Notes under the pieces: model-generated
What the model saw: the letters and a program-made list of their open reading frames with translations, nothing else
Told to the model about the DNA's origin: nothing
Database searches by the model: none
NCBI GenBank assembly: GCA_018241125.1
Contig: JAFEEL010000023.1
Location: 3,813-67,812 of the forward strand
Length of the DNA stretch: 64,000 nucleotides
Source: Pseudomonadota bacterium
GTDB lineage: Bacteria; Pseudomonadota; Gammaproteobacteria; Xanthomonadales; Xanthomonadaceae
Direction: 5' to 3'
Position numbers and translations under genes: made by a program
Shown: in pieces, positions 28,467-37,436 of the stretch
Layout: the number at the start of each line of letters is the position of its first letter
Position numbering within the stretch: the first letter of the stretch is position 1

Positions 28467-29374
28467 GCCGCCACCCGGCGCGGATCGAGCAACGCCGCCA
28501 TCAGCGCGTCGTCGTCGGCATCGTTGCGCAGCAGGCATGCGTGTGCGCCGAGCGCTTGCAGGCGCTGCGCCTGCGCATCGCGCAGTCCGGCGAACGCCTG
28601 CCGCCAGCGTATGCGCGTGCTGGCGGCGGCGAAGTCCGGTTCGATACGCGTTTGCTCGATGGCGAACGGCAGGCGCTCGCGCGGTGGATCGAGTTCCAGC
28701 GGATCGGCCAGCAACACCGCGCGCAGGTCGTGGCGCTGCGCCAGCATCGCCAGCCGTCCATCGGGCACGCCGACCAGCGAGGAAGCGACGGCCAGCACGG
28801 TGACACAGGCACCGGTCGGCAATGCAAGCGCGGCGGTGTCCAGCGCCGATGCCAAACCGCGATCGTCCGTCGGCGGCTGTGCGTACCAGCGCACCAGCGC
28901 ATCGAGCACGCGCAACACGCCGCGCTGGCCCGATTGCGGCCGGATCGGCGGTTCGCCATCCGTGCCGCGCAGCGCGCCGACACGATCGCCACGGCGCTGC
29001 GCCGCCCACGTCAGGATCGCGCCGATGCGCGCGGCCTGCACCGACTTGAAGCGCACCCGCGTGCCGAAATACAGCTCAGGCGCGGTGTCGGCCACCAGCA
29101 CGGCCACGCGTTCGCGTTCGGCCTGAAACAGCTTGGTGTGCGGCTTGCCGCTGCGCGCGGTCAGGCGCCAGTCGATGTGGCGGGCGTCGTCGCCGGGCGT
29201 GTACGGCCGCGACTCGGCGTATTCCATGCCGCGCCCGCGCAGCGGTGCCAACACCGGGCCGATGCCGACCGCGCCACGCGTCGCCGGTGGCCAACCGCGC
29301 ACGCGCTCGCGCAGACCGATCAACTCGGCCAAGCTCGGCCGCAAGCCATCTGTGGATGGTGCACTGTGCGACAT
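28463..29374 (-). CDS. DUF58-family protein (MoxR partner)
   Basis: 303 aa. RGRGMEYAESRPYTPGDDARHIDWRLTARSGKPHTKLFQAERE is the DUF58 signature. Confidence 0.8.
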   Translation of the reverse strand: MSHSAPSTDGLRPSLAELIGLRERVRGWPPATRGAVGIGPVLAPLRGRGMEYAESRPYTPGDDARHIDWRLTARSGKPHTKLFQAERERVAVLVADTAPELYFGTRVRFKSVQAARIGAILTWAAQRRGDRVGALRGTDGEPPIRPQSGQRGVLRVLDALVRWYAQPPTDDRGLASALDTAALALPTGACVTVLAVASSLVGVPDGRLAMLAQRHDLRAVLLADPLELDPPRERLPFAIEQTRIEPDFAAASTRIRWRQAFAGLRDAQAQRLQALGAHACLLRNDADDDALMAALLDPRRVAA

Positions 29375-29470
29375 ACGCGAGCCCTCACCCCACCATCGGC
29401 TGCGCCGATGGTGCGCCCCCTCTCTCGCTGCGTGGGCGAGGGACGGCGGTGTCGCTACGCGAGATGTTGG

Positions 29471-30469
29471 TCATGGCAACGGCACGCGCTCGAGCAAGGC
29501 GTGCACCAGCCGGTCGCCGTCCCAGCCTTCGGCCGTGGCCGCGTAGCTGGGCAGCAGGCGATGACGCAGCACGTCGGGAGCGACCGCCTGCACGTCTTCG
29601 GGGGTGGCGTAATCGCGACCGGCCAGCCATGCGCGCGCCCGTGCACAGCGCTCGAGCGCGATCGAGCCGCGCGGACTGGCCCCCCAGGCGATGCGCGCGG
29701 CCAGTTGCGGGTCGTAACGGCGGGCGTCGCGGCTGGCCAGCACGATTTCCACCACATAACGCTCCAGCGTCGGTGCCAGATGCAGATCGAGTACCGCGGC
29801 GCGGGCGGCGAACAGCTCGGCTTGCGTCAACATCGGCGCCACTGGCGGGGTGCCGAGCTGCTCGCGGCGCGCTCGTTCACGCGCCAGTTGCAGGATCTGC
29901 GCTTCCGCGCCGGCTTCCGGATAGCCCACGCGCACGTGCATCAAGAAGCGGTCGAGCTGCGCCTCGGGCAGGGCGTAGGTGCCCTCCTGCTCGATGGGGT
30001 TCTGCGTGGCCATCACCAAAAACAAGCGCGGCAGCGGGTAGGTCGATCGACCGACGGTGATCTGCCGCTCGCCCATCGCTTCGAGCAATGCCGACTGCAC
30101 TTTCGGCGGCGCGCGATTGACCTCGTCGGCCAACAGCAGGTTGTGGAACAACGGCCCGGGCTGAAACTCGAAGCGTCCTTCAGCAGCACGCCAGATGTCG
30201 GTGCCGGTGAGGTCGGCCGGCAGCAGGTCGGGGGTGAACTGCACGCGGCTGAAATCGGCCTCGATGCGTGCGGCCAGCTCCTTGACCGCAGTGGTTTTCG
30301 CCAGTCCGGGCGCGCCTTCCACCAGCAGGTGGCCGTCGGCGAGCAGAGCGATCAGCAGGCGTTCGATCAGTTCGGCCTGGCCGATGACTGTGGTGGCGAG
30401 GGCATCGCGCAAGGCGCTGAAGCGGGCGTGCAGGGGCGCAGCAACGGGGGTGACGATGGGGGTATCCAT
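29471..30469 (-). CDS. moxR: MoxR-family AAA+ ATPase
   Basis: 332 aa from ATG 30469. Walker A GAPGLAKT, Walker B LLLADEVNRAPPKVQSALLEAM. Confidence 0.9.
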   Translation of the reverse strand: MDTPIVTPVAAPLHARFSALRDALATTVIGQAELIERLLIALLADGHLLVEGAPGLAKTTAVKELAARIEADFSRVQFTPDLLPADLTGTDIWRAAEGRFEFQPGPLFHNLLLADEVNRAPPKVQSALLEAMGERQITVGRSTYPLPRLFLVMATQNPIEQEGTYALPEAQLDRFLMHVRVGYPEAGAEAQILQLARERARREQLGTPPVAPMLTQAELFAARAAVLDLHLAPTLERYVVEIVLASRDARRYDPQLAARIAWGASPRGSIALERCARARAWLAGRDYATPEDVQAVAPDVLRHRLLPSYAATAEGWDGDRLVHALLERVPLP

Positions 30470-30565
30470 GGCAAGACAGTAGTTGGCCGGCGCGGTGTCG
30501 GCGCGCGTGGAGGGCAATGTCGGGGCGTTCGACCGGATCGGGCCGGCGTTGGTTCCGCAGCGCGT

Positions 30566-31735
30566 TCAGCGTGCAGGCACGATCGTCTCCAGCGGCTGCG
30601 CCTTGCCAATCAAAAAGCCCTGCGCGAACTGGCAACCCGCCTGCCCCAGAAACTCCAGCTGCGCTGGCGTCTCCACCCCTTCAGCGACCACCTGGGCGCC
30701 GATCGCGCGGGCCATGTCGACGATCGCGCGCACGATGTGCCGGGCCTTGTCGGATACTTGCAACGCGTGGACGAAGCCTTGGTCGATCTTGATCGAATCG
30801 AACGCGAACTGGTGCAGATGCGCCAGGTGCGCATAGCGGGTACCGAAGTCGTCCAGCGAGACACCTATGGCATGCGCATGACAATGCGCAATCGCTTGTG
30901 CGACTTGCTGTGGATCCAGTGTCTGGCTCTCGGTGATCTCGACCTTGATGCAGCCCGCGGGCAGATGGAGCGCTTCACGACGGGCCACCACCCGCTCGAT
31001 CAGGCCGGGGCTGGCCAATTGTCGCGCCGACACATTGACCGCCACGAACGGCTGGGCCGGGCCGCGCAAGGCATCGAGCGCCGCGAATGCGGCATCGAAA
31101 ACGTACTCGCCGACCGGGACGATCAGCGAGGTTTCCTCTGCCAGATGGATGAACTGCTCCGGATCGACCGGCCCGTGCTCGGGATCGTTCCAGCGCACCA
31201 GCGCCTCGTAACCGACGATCTGGCCACTGCCGATCGCCATGATCGGCTGGTAGCGCACCTCCAACCTGCGCTCGGCCAACGCCTCCCGCAAATGGTTTTC
31301 CAATCGAAACTTGCCCGACCCGGGCCCCTCACCGGACGGCCGGTCGAGCGCACCCTGCGCATCGGCGGCGTCGCCGCGCAGCAAGGCCAACATCCGCCGG
31401 TTACGCTTGATTTGTCCTTCCAGCAAGGTCCGCAAGGTCGGATCGGCCGCGGCGATGCGCTCGCGGATCTGTTGTCCGTCGATCGCCAGCACACAGACCT
31501 CGTCCGTTGCGGCCAGCGCATCGAGAGAATGCGCCCTGCCCTCGACCGCGGCCATGTCGCCGACCAGCTCACCGCGGCTCAGGCGCAACAGCACGATCTC
31601 CTTGGGCGAGCCGCCCTCCCGGCCCGGGCGACGGGTGCGCAGTTCCACCGCACCATCCTCGATCAGATAGCCCACGTCCGCCCGATCGCCGGCGCGGAAC
31701 AGGTATTGCCCGGCACGGAACGTCAGCAGCGGCAC
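30566..31735 (-). CDS. Cyclic-nucleotide-binding-domain / EAL-domain protein (putative c-di-GMP phosphodiesterase)
   Basis: N-terminal cNMP-type beta-roll (FRAGQYLFRAGDRADVGYLIEDGAVEL...GELVGDMAAVEG). EAL motifs intact (GYEALVRW, NVSARQ, EITES, DDFGT, KIDQ, EGVE, QGF). The first in-frame start, GTG 31789, lies in a terminator hairpin, so GTG 31735 (behind GAGGGGAAG) was chosen. Start is uncertain. Confidence 0.75.
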   Translation of the reverse strand: MPLLTFRAGQYLFRAGDRADVGYLIEDGAVELRTRRPGREGGSPKEIVLLRLSRGELVGDMAAVEGRAHSLDALAATDEVCVLAIDGQQIRERIAAADPTLRTLLEGQIKRNRRMLALLRGDAADAQGALDRPSGEGPGSGKFRLENHLREALAERRLEVRYQPIMAIGSGQIVGYEALVRWNDPEHGPVDPEQFIHLAEETSLIVPVGEYVFDAAFAALDALRGPAQPFVAVNVSARQLASPGLIERVVARREALHLPAGCIKVEITESQTLDPQQVAQAIAHCHAHAIGVSLDDFGTRYAHLAHLHQFAFDSIKIDQGFVHALQVSDKARHIVRAIVDMARAIGAQVVAEGVETPAQLEFLGQAGCQFAQGFLIGKAQPLETIVPAR

Positions 31736-31760
31736 GACTCGATCTTCCCCTCGCGCAAAT

Positions 31761-31787
31761 GGAAAGGGCCGCTTGGCGGCCCTTTCC
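31761..31787 (-). terminator. Rho-independent-type terminator after pilQ
   Basis: Minus strand reads GGAAAGGGCCGC-CAA-GCGGCCCTTTCC followed by ATTTGCG. Perfect 12-bp stem 28 nt after the pilQ stop. Confidence 0.65.
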
Positions 31788-31814
31788 ACGCATCGGGTGC
31801 GCCCCGCAGGTCCA

Positions 31815-34154
31815 TCAGTTGCGCTGCTTGACCTCGAGGATCTTCGGGGTGACGAACACCAGCAGCTCCGCCTTCGTGGCTTGATGGTTCTTGTTGCGGA
31901 ACAGGAAGCCCAAGCCCGGCAGATCGCCCAGGAACGGCACCTTGCTCAGGTCGTCGCGCTTGGCAAACTCGTACACGCCACCAACCACGACCGTCTGGCC
32001 AGAATCCACCAGCGCGGCGGTAGTAACCTGCCGCTTGGTGATTTGTGGCACGTTGCCGAAGTTGGGCACGTTGATGAAACCCTTCAGCTCGTCCTTGGTG
32101 ATGTCCAGATCCATGTACACGCGGTTGTCGTGGGTGATGGTCGGGGTGACCTTCAACTCCAGCACCACGTCCTTGAACTGCACATTGGCGGTGGTACCGC
32201 CGGCGCCGCCGGCGCCGCCGCCGCTGATGGTGACGTAACCGATCTCATCGCCCTGCTTGATGTCGGCCTGCTTCTGGTTGCTGGTGATCACGCGCGGATT
32301 GGAAATCACCTCGCCCCGACCTTCGGTCTGCAGGGCCGTCAGCTCCAGATCCAGCGCATGCCCGCCGCGCAGGATACTGAAGGCCAAACTGCCGACTGCT
32401 CCTGTAACCGGCAGATTGACATTCAGCCCATGTGAGATGCTGGGTACAGTCAACGTCGGCGTTTGCGTCACAGGAACCGGCACTGTTGCCGCACTCTGGC
32501 CACCGGCAATCGCGGACGCAACTGCCGCGTTGTAGGCCGCTTGGGCCGTGGCGTTTGCGAGGTTGGTCGCCGCAATTGCATTTGCATTTGAAAGGTCGGT
32601 ACTGGTCACCGAATGTTGCGTGCCCAGAGTGTTGTCCAGCGTGTCCCCCCACGTCGTCAGCGTTTTGGATCCATCGTTGAAACCGCTGATGCCCAAGCGC
32701 GCACCCAGCTCACGGGCAAAATCCTCATTGGCGATGACGATGCGTGCCTCAATCAAGACTTGGTCAACCGGGCGATCCAGTACCGAAACCAGCTTCTTGA
32801 TTTCCTCAACTTTGCGAGGCAAGTCAGTCAGCAACAGCGTGTTGCTGCGCTTGTCGAAACTGACGCTGCCGCGATCAGACAAGAATCCCCGCTGGGTCTG
32901 ATTATTACTCCCGCCCGATGATTGATTCGATTTGGCGCCATCAGTCAGAAGCTTTGCTATGTCTTCGGCGCTTCCGTAGTTGATTGGCATGTACTCGGTA
33001 ACGGTCGGTTCGCGCTGCTCAATCGCGATGCGCGCATCAGCAAGCGACTGCTCATAGTCGGCCAGCTCTTTCTGTGGGGCCACCCAGATCACGCCGCCGT
33101 CCTGGCGCTTGTCCAAGCCCTTGGCGCGCAGCACTACGTCCAGTGCCTGATCCCACGGCACATTGATCAGGCGCAAGGTGACATTGCCCGTCACGGTGTC
33201 GGCCGCCACCACGTTCAACCCGGATTCCTCGGCAATCAACTGCAGCACCGTGCGCACCGGCACGTCCTGGAAGTTGAAGGTTGCCGGCTTGCCCGAATAC
33301 TTCTTGGGTGCTCCGACCTGGATGCGTCCCGAGTCGGCGACCGCTCCGCCGGCGTCGAGCTTCTTCGGGTTGACTTCGACCACGTACTCGTTGCCCATCT
33401 GGTAGGCAGAAGCCCCGAAGGCGCCGCTGGTGTCGATCACCAAACGCGTGCCGCCTGCCTGCTCGCGGGCATCGATCGACTTCACCGGGGTGGCGAAATC
33501 GCTCACGTCCAAATGCTTCGAGAGATTGGCCGGGATCATCGCATTGGAAACATCGATCATCACCCGCGAACCTTCCACCCGCATGTCGGCCGCCGCGCCA
33601 TCGCCGCTGAACTTGAGCACGATGCGGCCCGAGCCGTCCTGCCCGCGCCGGAAGTCGACGTTGGACACGTTCAGCGCGCCGGCGACCCGGCGCGAGGGAT
33701 CCATGCTGTTGGCCATGACCGGGCCCTTCACCTTGGCGCCGGAATCGGCCACGGTGAGGATCAGGCGGTTGCCCACGATGCGCGACTGATAGGGGGCCTG
33801 CCGGAACAGATCCACCATCACCCGCGTGCGACCATTGGCCTGCGCAGCGGACACGGTGCTGGCGGCCCCGTCCCCGACCAGCACCTTGTGCCCGGGCAAC
33901 GCGTTTTGCGTGTCGGGCAGGTCGATGGCGATCCGCGGCGGGCCGTCGGTGGTGAACACCTGGGCATCGCCGACCGGGTGGGCGAACTGCAAGGTGATGT
34001 CCACCGCGCCGTTGACGCCGGGGGAATGGGTCACCTGCTGCAGCACATTCGACGCACAGGCGGGGAATGCGCTGCTGAGCAGCCAGACGCCCAAGCCCAG
34101 CGCCGTGGTGGCGCGCGACCGGCTGATCCGGCGGAAGACTTTGTTTGCGCTCAT
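31815..34154 (-). CDS. pilQ: Type IV pilus secretin PilQ
   Basis: 779 aa. Signal peptide, two AMIN-like repeats, N-domains, secretin domain (VISNPRVITSNQKQADIKQGDEI, VPFLGDLPGLGFLFRN). Confidence 0.95.
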   Translation of the reverse strand: MSANKVFRRISRSRATTALGLGVWLLSSAFPACASNVLQQVTHSPGVNGAVDITLQFAHPVGDAQVFTTDGPPRIAIDLPDTQNALPGHKVLVGDGAASTVSAAQANGRTRVMVDLFRQAPYQSRIVGNRLILTVADSGAKVKGPVMANSMDPSRRVAGALNVSNVDFRRGQDGSGRIVLKFSGDGAAADMRVEGSRVMIDVSNAMIPANLSKHLDVSDFATPVKSIDAREQAGGTRLVIDTSGAFGASAYQMGNEYVVEVNPKKLDAGGAVADSGRIQVGAPKKYSGKPATFNFQDVPVRTVLQLIAEESGLNVVAADTVTGNVTLRLINVPWDQALDVVLRAKGLDKRQDGGVIWVAPQKELADYEQSLADARIAIEQREPTVTEYMPINYGSAEDIAKLLTDGAKSNQSSGGSNNQTQRGFLSDRGSVSFDKRSNTLLLTDLPRKVEEIKKLVSVLDRPVDQVLIEARIVIANEDFARELGARLGISGFNDGSKTLTTWGDTLDNTLGTQHSVTSTDLSNANAIAATNLANATAQAAYNAAVASAIAGGQSAATVPVPVTQTPTLTVPSISHGLNVNLPVTGAVGSLAFSILRGGHALDLELTALQTEGRGEVISNPRVITSNQKQADIKQGDEIGYVTISGGGAGGAGGTTANVQFKDVVLELKVTPTITHDNRVYMDLDITKDELKGFINVPNFGNVPQITKRQVTTAALVDSGQTVVVGGVYEFAKRDDLSKVPFLGDLPGLGFLFRNKNHQATKAELLVFVTPKILEVKQRN

Positions 34155-34169
34155 CTTGCTACTCCCCGA

Positions 34170-34709
34170 TCATTGATTTGGTAAGCTGATGGATGCCGGC
34201 CTTTCGATCCAGCCACCCGCCCCATCCGACACCAGCTCGGTGATGTTGATCTTGGTGGGCGTGACCTCGATCACCTTGCCGTCGTTCTGCCCCAGGTAGT
34301 TCCCCGGCACCACGCGATGGGTGACCTTGTCGGGTGACATGACCAAGCCCACGATCTTGCCACCTGCCCCCAACGTCCCATTCATGACCAAGCTGTCCAG
34401 CGGAAACGCCTCCAGCGGCTGCTTGGGGCGATTGGGATCCGGACGCGGCCCGCTGGACTTGGATGTGTCCAACGGCGCCGAGAACGGATCACGCAGACCC
34501 TGATCGTTGTACAGGAAGGTCTCGAACTTCTGCAACTGCGGCACCGGCTCCAGCGGCGGGCCGGGTTTGGACTCGACCGTCTGGGTGTAGATTTCCAGAT
34601 TGTCCGGGTCAGCCGAGGTCACGCTGCGTCCGCACCCGGTGAGCAACAGGGCCAGTCCCAGCGGCAGCAACGCCAACGACACCGTTTTGCGCAGCACGGC
34701 CATCTTCAC
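34170..34709 (-). CDS. pilP: Type IV pilus lipoprotein PilP
   Basis: 179 aa. Lipobox LLLTGCG. Positioned between pilO and pilQ. GTG 34709 or ATG 34703 as start. Confidence 0.85.
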   Translation of the reverse strand: MKMAVLRKTVSLALLPLGLALLLTGCGRSVTSADPDNLEIYTQTVESKPGPPLEPVPQLQKFETFLYNDQGLRDPFSAPLDTSKSSGPRPDPNRPKQPLEAFPLDSLVMNGTLGAGGKIVGLVMSPDKVTHRVVPGNYLGQNDGKVIEVTPTKINITELVSDGAGGWIERPASISLPNQ

Positions 34710-35395
34710 TTACCCCCTGCCGCGGGCGCGGCGGCTGGCTGTCCCGGCTGCGGCGCTGGTGGCGCCGCGGCGGCCTGCTCGTCTTCATCCAGATAGCGAT
34801 ACGTCTTCACCGTACCTTCCAGGGTCAGGCTGCCGGCACTGGCATTTTTGTCCGACTTGTCGGTCGGCTTGAGCGAGATGTCCTGCATGGTCAGGATCAC
34901 TACCCGCGGCAGCGAGGCCACACCACTCATGAAGGCGCCGAACTGGTGATACGTGCCGACCATGCGCAACTGGATGGGTTTCTCGGCGTAGAACTCCTGC
35001 TTGGTCTCGTCGCCGGGCTTGAACAACTCGTTGACGATACCGGTCGCCAGCGCGGTCTGCGAGATGTCCACGATCAGGTCGGGCATGTCCGTCTTGCCCG
35101 GCAGCTGGCGCATCATCTGCTGCAACATCTGCTCCATCTGCGCCAACTGGATCTTCAGCGGCTCCAGGTTCGCGGCCCGTCCGGCTTTCTCCTCGAACGT
35201 CTTCTTGTTGCCGACTTCCTGCTGTTCGAGGCCAGCCAGCTGCTCGCGCTGCCCGCTGATCAAGACGTAGTAAAACAATCCGAGGATGACCGCGATCACC
35301 AGCCCGCAGGCGCCAAACTTCAGCCCATCCGGCCATGCACCGGAGTTGTTCCAGTCGATGTTGGCAAGATCGACCTTCTTCTTGTCTGCACTCAC
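34706..35395 (-). CDS. pilO: Type IV pilus assembly protein PilO
   Basis: 229 aa. One TM helix (GACGLVIAVILGLFYYVLI) plus coiled coil. GTGA overlap with the pilN stop. Confidence 0.85.
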   Translation of the reverse strand: MSADKKKVDLANIDWNNSGAWPDGLKFGACGLVIAVILGLFYYVLISGQREQLAGLEQQEVGNKKTFEEKAGRAANLEPLKIQLAQMEQMLQQMMRQLPGKTDMPDLIVDISQTALATGIVNELFKPGDETKQEFYAEKPIQLRMVGTYHQFGAFMSGVASLPRVVILTMQDISLKPTDKSDKNASAGSLTLEGTVKTYRYLDEDEQAAAAPPAPQPGQPAAAPAAGGK

Positions 35396-36135
35396 GGCTT
35401 CGCCCCTCCCTTGCTGCTGGCGCCCGAGGCCGGCGAGGCGGCAGGCGAAGATGCGGCAGGCGAGGCCGCAGCGCTCGGAGGCGCACCGACCGCGGCCGGA
35501 CTGGCCGCACCGCTGGCCGCCCCTGGCGCCGGGTTCATCAATGGTTTGCCATCGGGGCCGAGCACCGGCTTGCCGTCAGGGCCAAGCACTTGACCGGGCT
35601 TGGTGAGGGTCAGGGCCAAGGTGAACTGGTAGGGCAGCGTCTTGTCGCCGCTACTGGCCTCGATGACGTTCAGATCCGGGTTGGTCATCCAGCCCGAGGC
35701 CTCGATGTTGCGCATGTAGGCGCTGACCCGCGCGTTGGATTGCGAGTAACCCTGCAAGGTCAACTTGTTGCCGTCTTGTTTGACCGAGGTCAGGCGCACG
35801 CCGTCCGGAATGGTTCGCACCAGTTCGTCGAACAAGTGCACCATCTGCGAGCGGTTGGCCTGCAGTTGCTCGATCACGTCCTTGCGGCGTAGCAGGGTTT
35901 CCTTCTTCTTGTCCAGCGCATCGATTTCCGCGATCTTGGCGTCGAGCTTCTTGATCTGGTCGGTCAGGTAAGCATTGCGCGCGTTTTCGCCGTCGATCTG
36001 GCCGTTGTAATAAACCCAAGCGCCCAAGCCGATCGCCAGCGCGATGGCAAACGCCACACCCAACATCACGTAAAACGCCTGCTGGCGTTCCCGACGGCGC
36101 TCGGCGCGCCACGGCAGGAGATTGACCTTGGCCAT
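35392..36135 (-). CDS. pilN: Type IV pilus assembly protein PilN (with Ala/Ser/Pro-rich C-terminal extension)
   Basis: 247 aa from ATG 36135 (MAKVNLLPWRAERRRERQQ, typical PilN start). Shares 1 nt with the pilM stop. Confidence 0.85.
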   Translation of the reverse strand: MAKVNLLPWRAERRRERQQAFYVMLGVAFAIALAIGLGAWVYYNGQIDGENARNAYLTDQIKKLDAKIAEIDALDKKKETLLRRKDVIEQLQANRSQMVHLFDELVRTIPDGVRLTSVKQDGNKLTLQGYSQSNARVSAYMRNIEASGWMTNPDLNVIEASSGDKTLPYQFTLALTLTKPGQVLGPDGKPVLGPDGKPLMNPAPGAASGAASPAAVGAPPSAAASPAASSPAASPASGASSKGGAKP

Positions 36136-37217
36136 CAGTCGAAACTCCTCATGGCAAGTCCGCAAGCGATCATCAGCGCCGGGGCATCCTGCGCCAAGGC
36201 ATTGGCCTGGACGCGCGGGCCGAGCGACATGTTCGCCAACGGGTTGGCAAGAATGGTGGGCACGCCGAGCTGTTCTTCGATCATGCCCGGCATGCCGGCA
36301 ATCGAGGCACACCCGCCGGCCAGCACGATCTGGTCGACCCGGTTGAACTCGCTGCCGGCGTAGAAAAATTGCAGGAGGCGGCTGATCTGCTGAACCATCG
36401 CTTCCTTGAACGGCTCCAGCACCTCGACCTCGTAACTCTCCGGCAGCCCGCCCTGGCGCTTGGCCAGGCCGGCTTCCTCGTAGTTCAGGCCGTAGCGGCG
36501 CATCACCTCATCGGTGAGCTGCTTGCCGCCGAACGTCTGCTCGCGGGTGTAGATGCTGCGCTGGTCGCGCAGCACGTTCAGGGTGGTCACCATCGCGCCC
36601 ACGTCGACCAGCGCGACCAAACCATCCTTGGGCACCGAAAGCTGATCGGCGATCAGACGGAAGGCGTTTTCCATCGCGAACGCCTCGACATCCATCACCT
36701 TGGCGGTGAGGCCGCCCATCTCCAGCGCCGACTGCCGCAACTCCACGTTCTCCGATCGCGATGCCACCAGCAGCACTTGCACGATTTCGGAGTTGCCGGG
36801 CATCGGCCCGAGCACCTCGAAATCCATGCTGACTTCGTTGATCGGGTACGGGATGTACTGCGCGGCGTCGTACTGGATCTGATCTTCCAGCGCGTCCTCG
36901 TCGAGGTTGGCCGGCATGGTGATCAGCTTGGTGATCACCGCCGATCCGGCGACCGCGGCGGCCGCGTGCTTGGCGCGGGTGCCCGAACGGCTGACGGCGC
37001 GCTTGATCGCCTCGCCGACGGCCTCGACCTCGACGATGGACTTGTCGGCCACCGCGTTGGACGGCAACGGCTCGACCGCGTAGTGCTCCACGCGATAGCG
37101 CCCGCCGACCTGGCTCAGTTGCAGGAGCTTGATCGCGGTGGAACTGATGTCGACACCGACGAGCGGCGCCTGTGTGCTTCCGAGAAGACCCACGGTTTCT
37201 CCCCTTCCGACGGGCAT
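36135..37217 (-). CDS. pilM: Type IV pilus assembly ATPase-fold protein PilM
   Basis: 360 aa. Actin-like fold motifs VGVDISSTAIKLLQL, LVDVGAMVTT, IVLAGGCASIAG. Confidence 0.9.
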   Translation of the reverse strand: MPVGRGETVGLLGSTQAPLVGVDISSTAIKLLQLSQVGGRYRVEHYAVEPLPSNAVADKSIVEVEAVGEAIKRAVSRSGTRAKHAAAAVAGSAVITKLITMPANLDEDALEDQIQYDAAQYIPYPINEVSMDFEVLGPMPGNSEIVQVLLVASRSENVELRQSALEMGGLTAKVMDVEAFAMENAFRLIADQLSVPKDGLVALVDVGAMVTTLNVLRDQRSIYTREQTFGGKQLTDEVMRRYGLNYEEAGLAKRQGGLPESYEVEVLEPFKEAMVQQISRLLQFFYAGSEFNRVDQIVLAGGCASIAGMPGMIEEQLGVPTILANPLANMSLGPRVQANALAQDAPALMIACGLAMRSFD

Positions 37218-37436
37218 GTAGCGGCGGTACGTGCGAACCGCTGGGCTAAAGTAATAACGATTCGCTCACGAAATAGCAAGCGGGCAGAGTGAAATTCTTC
37301 GCAAAGCCCCCTCGCCCCCCACCTGCGGACCGCCCGCCCCCTGCGACGAGCGGCGGCCCGATCCCCTGAGCCGTCCGCCTACGTTCTATACTCCCTCACC
37401 CACCGCTTTGTAAACCACCGGACGCAGATCTCAAGG

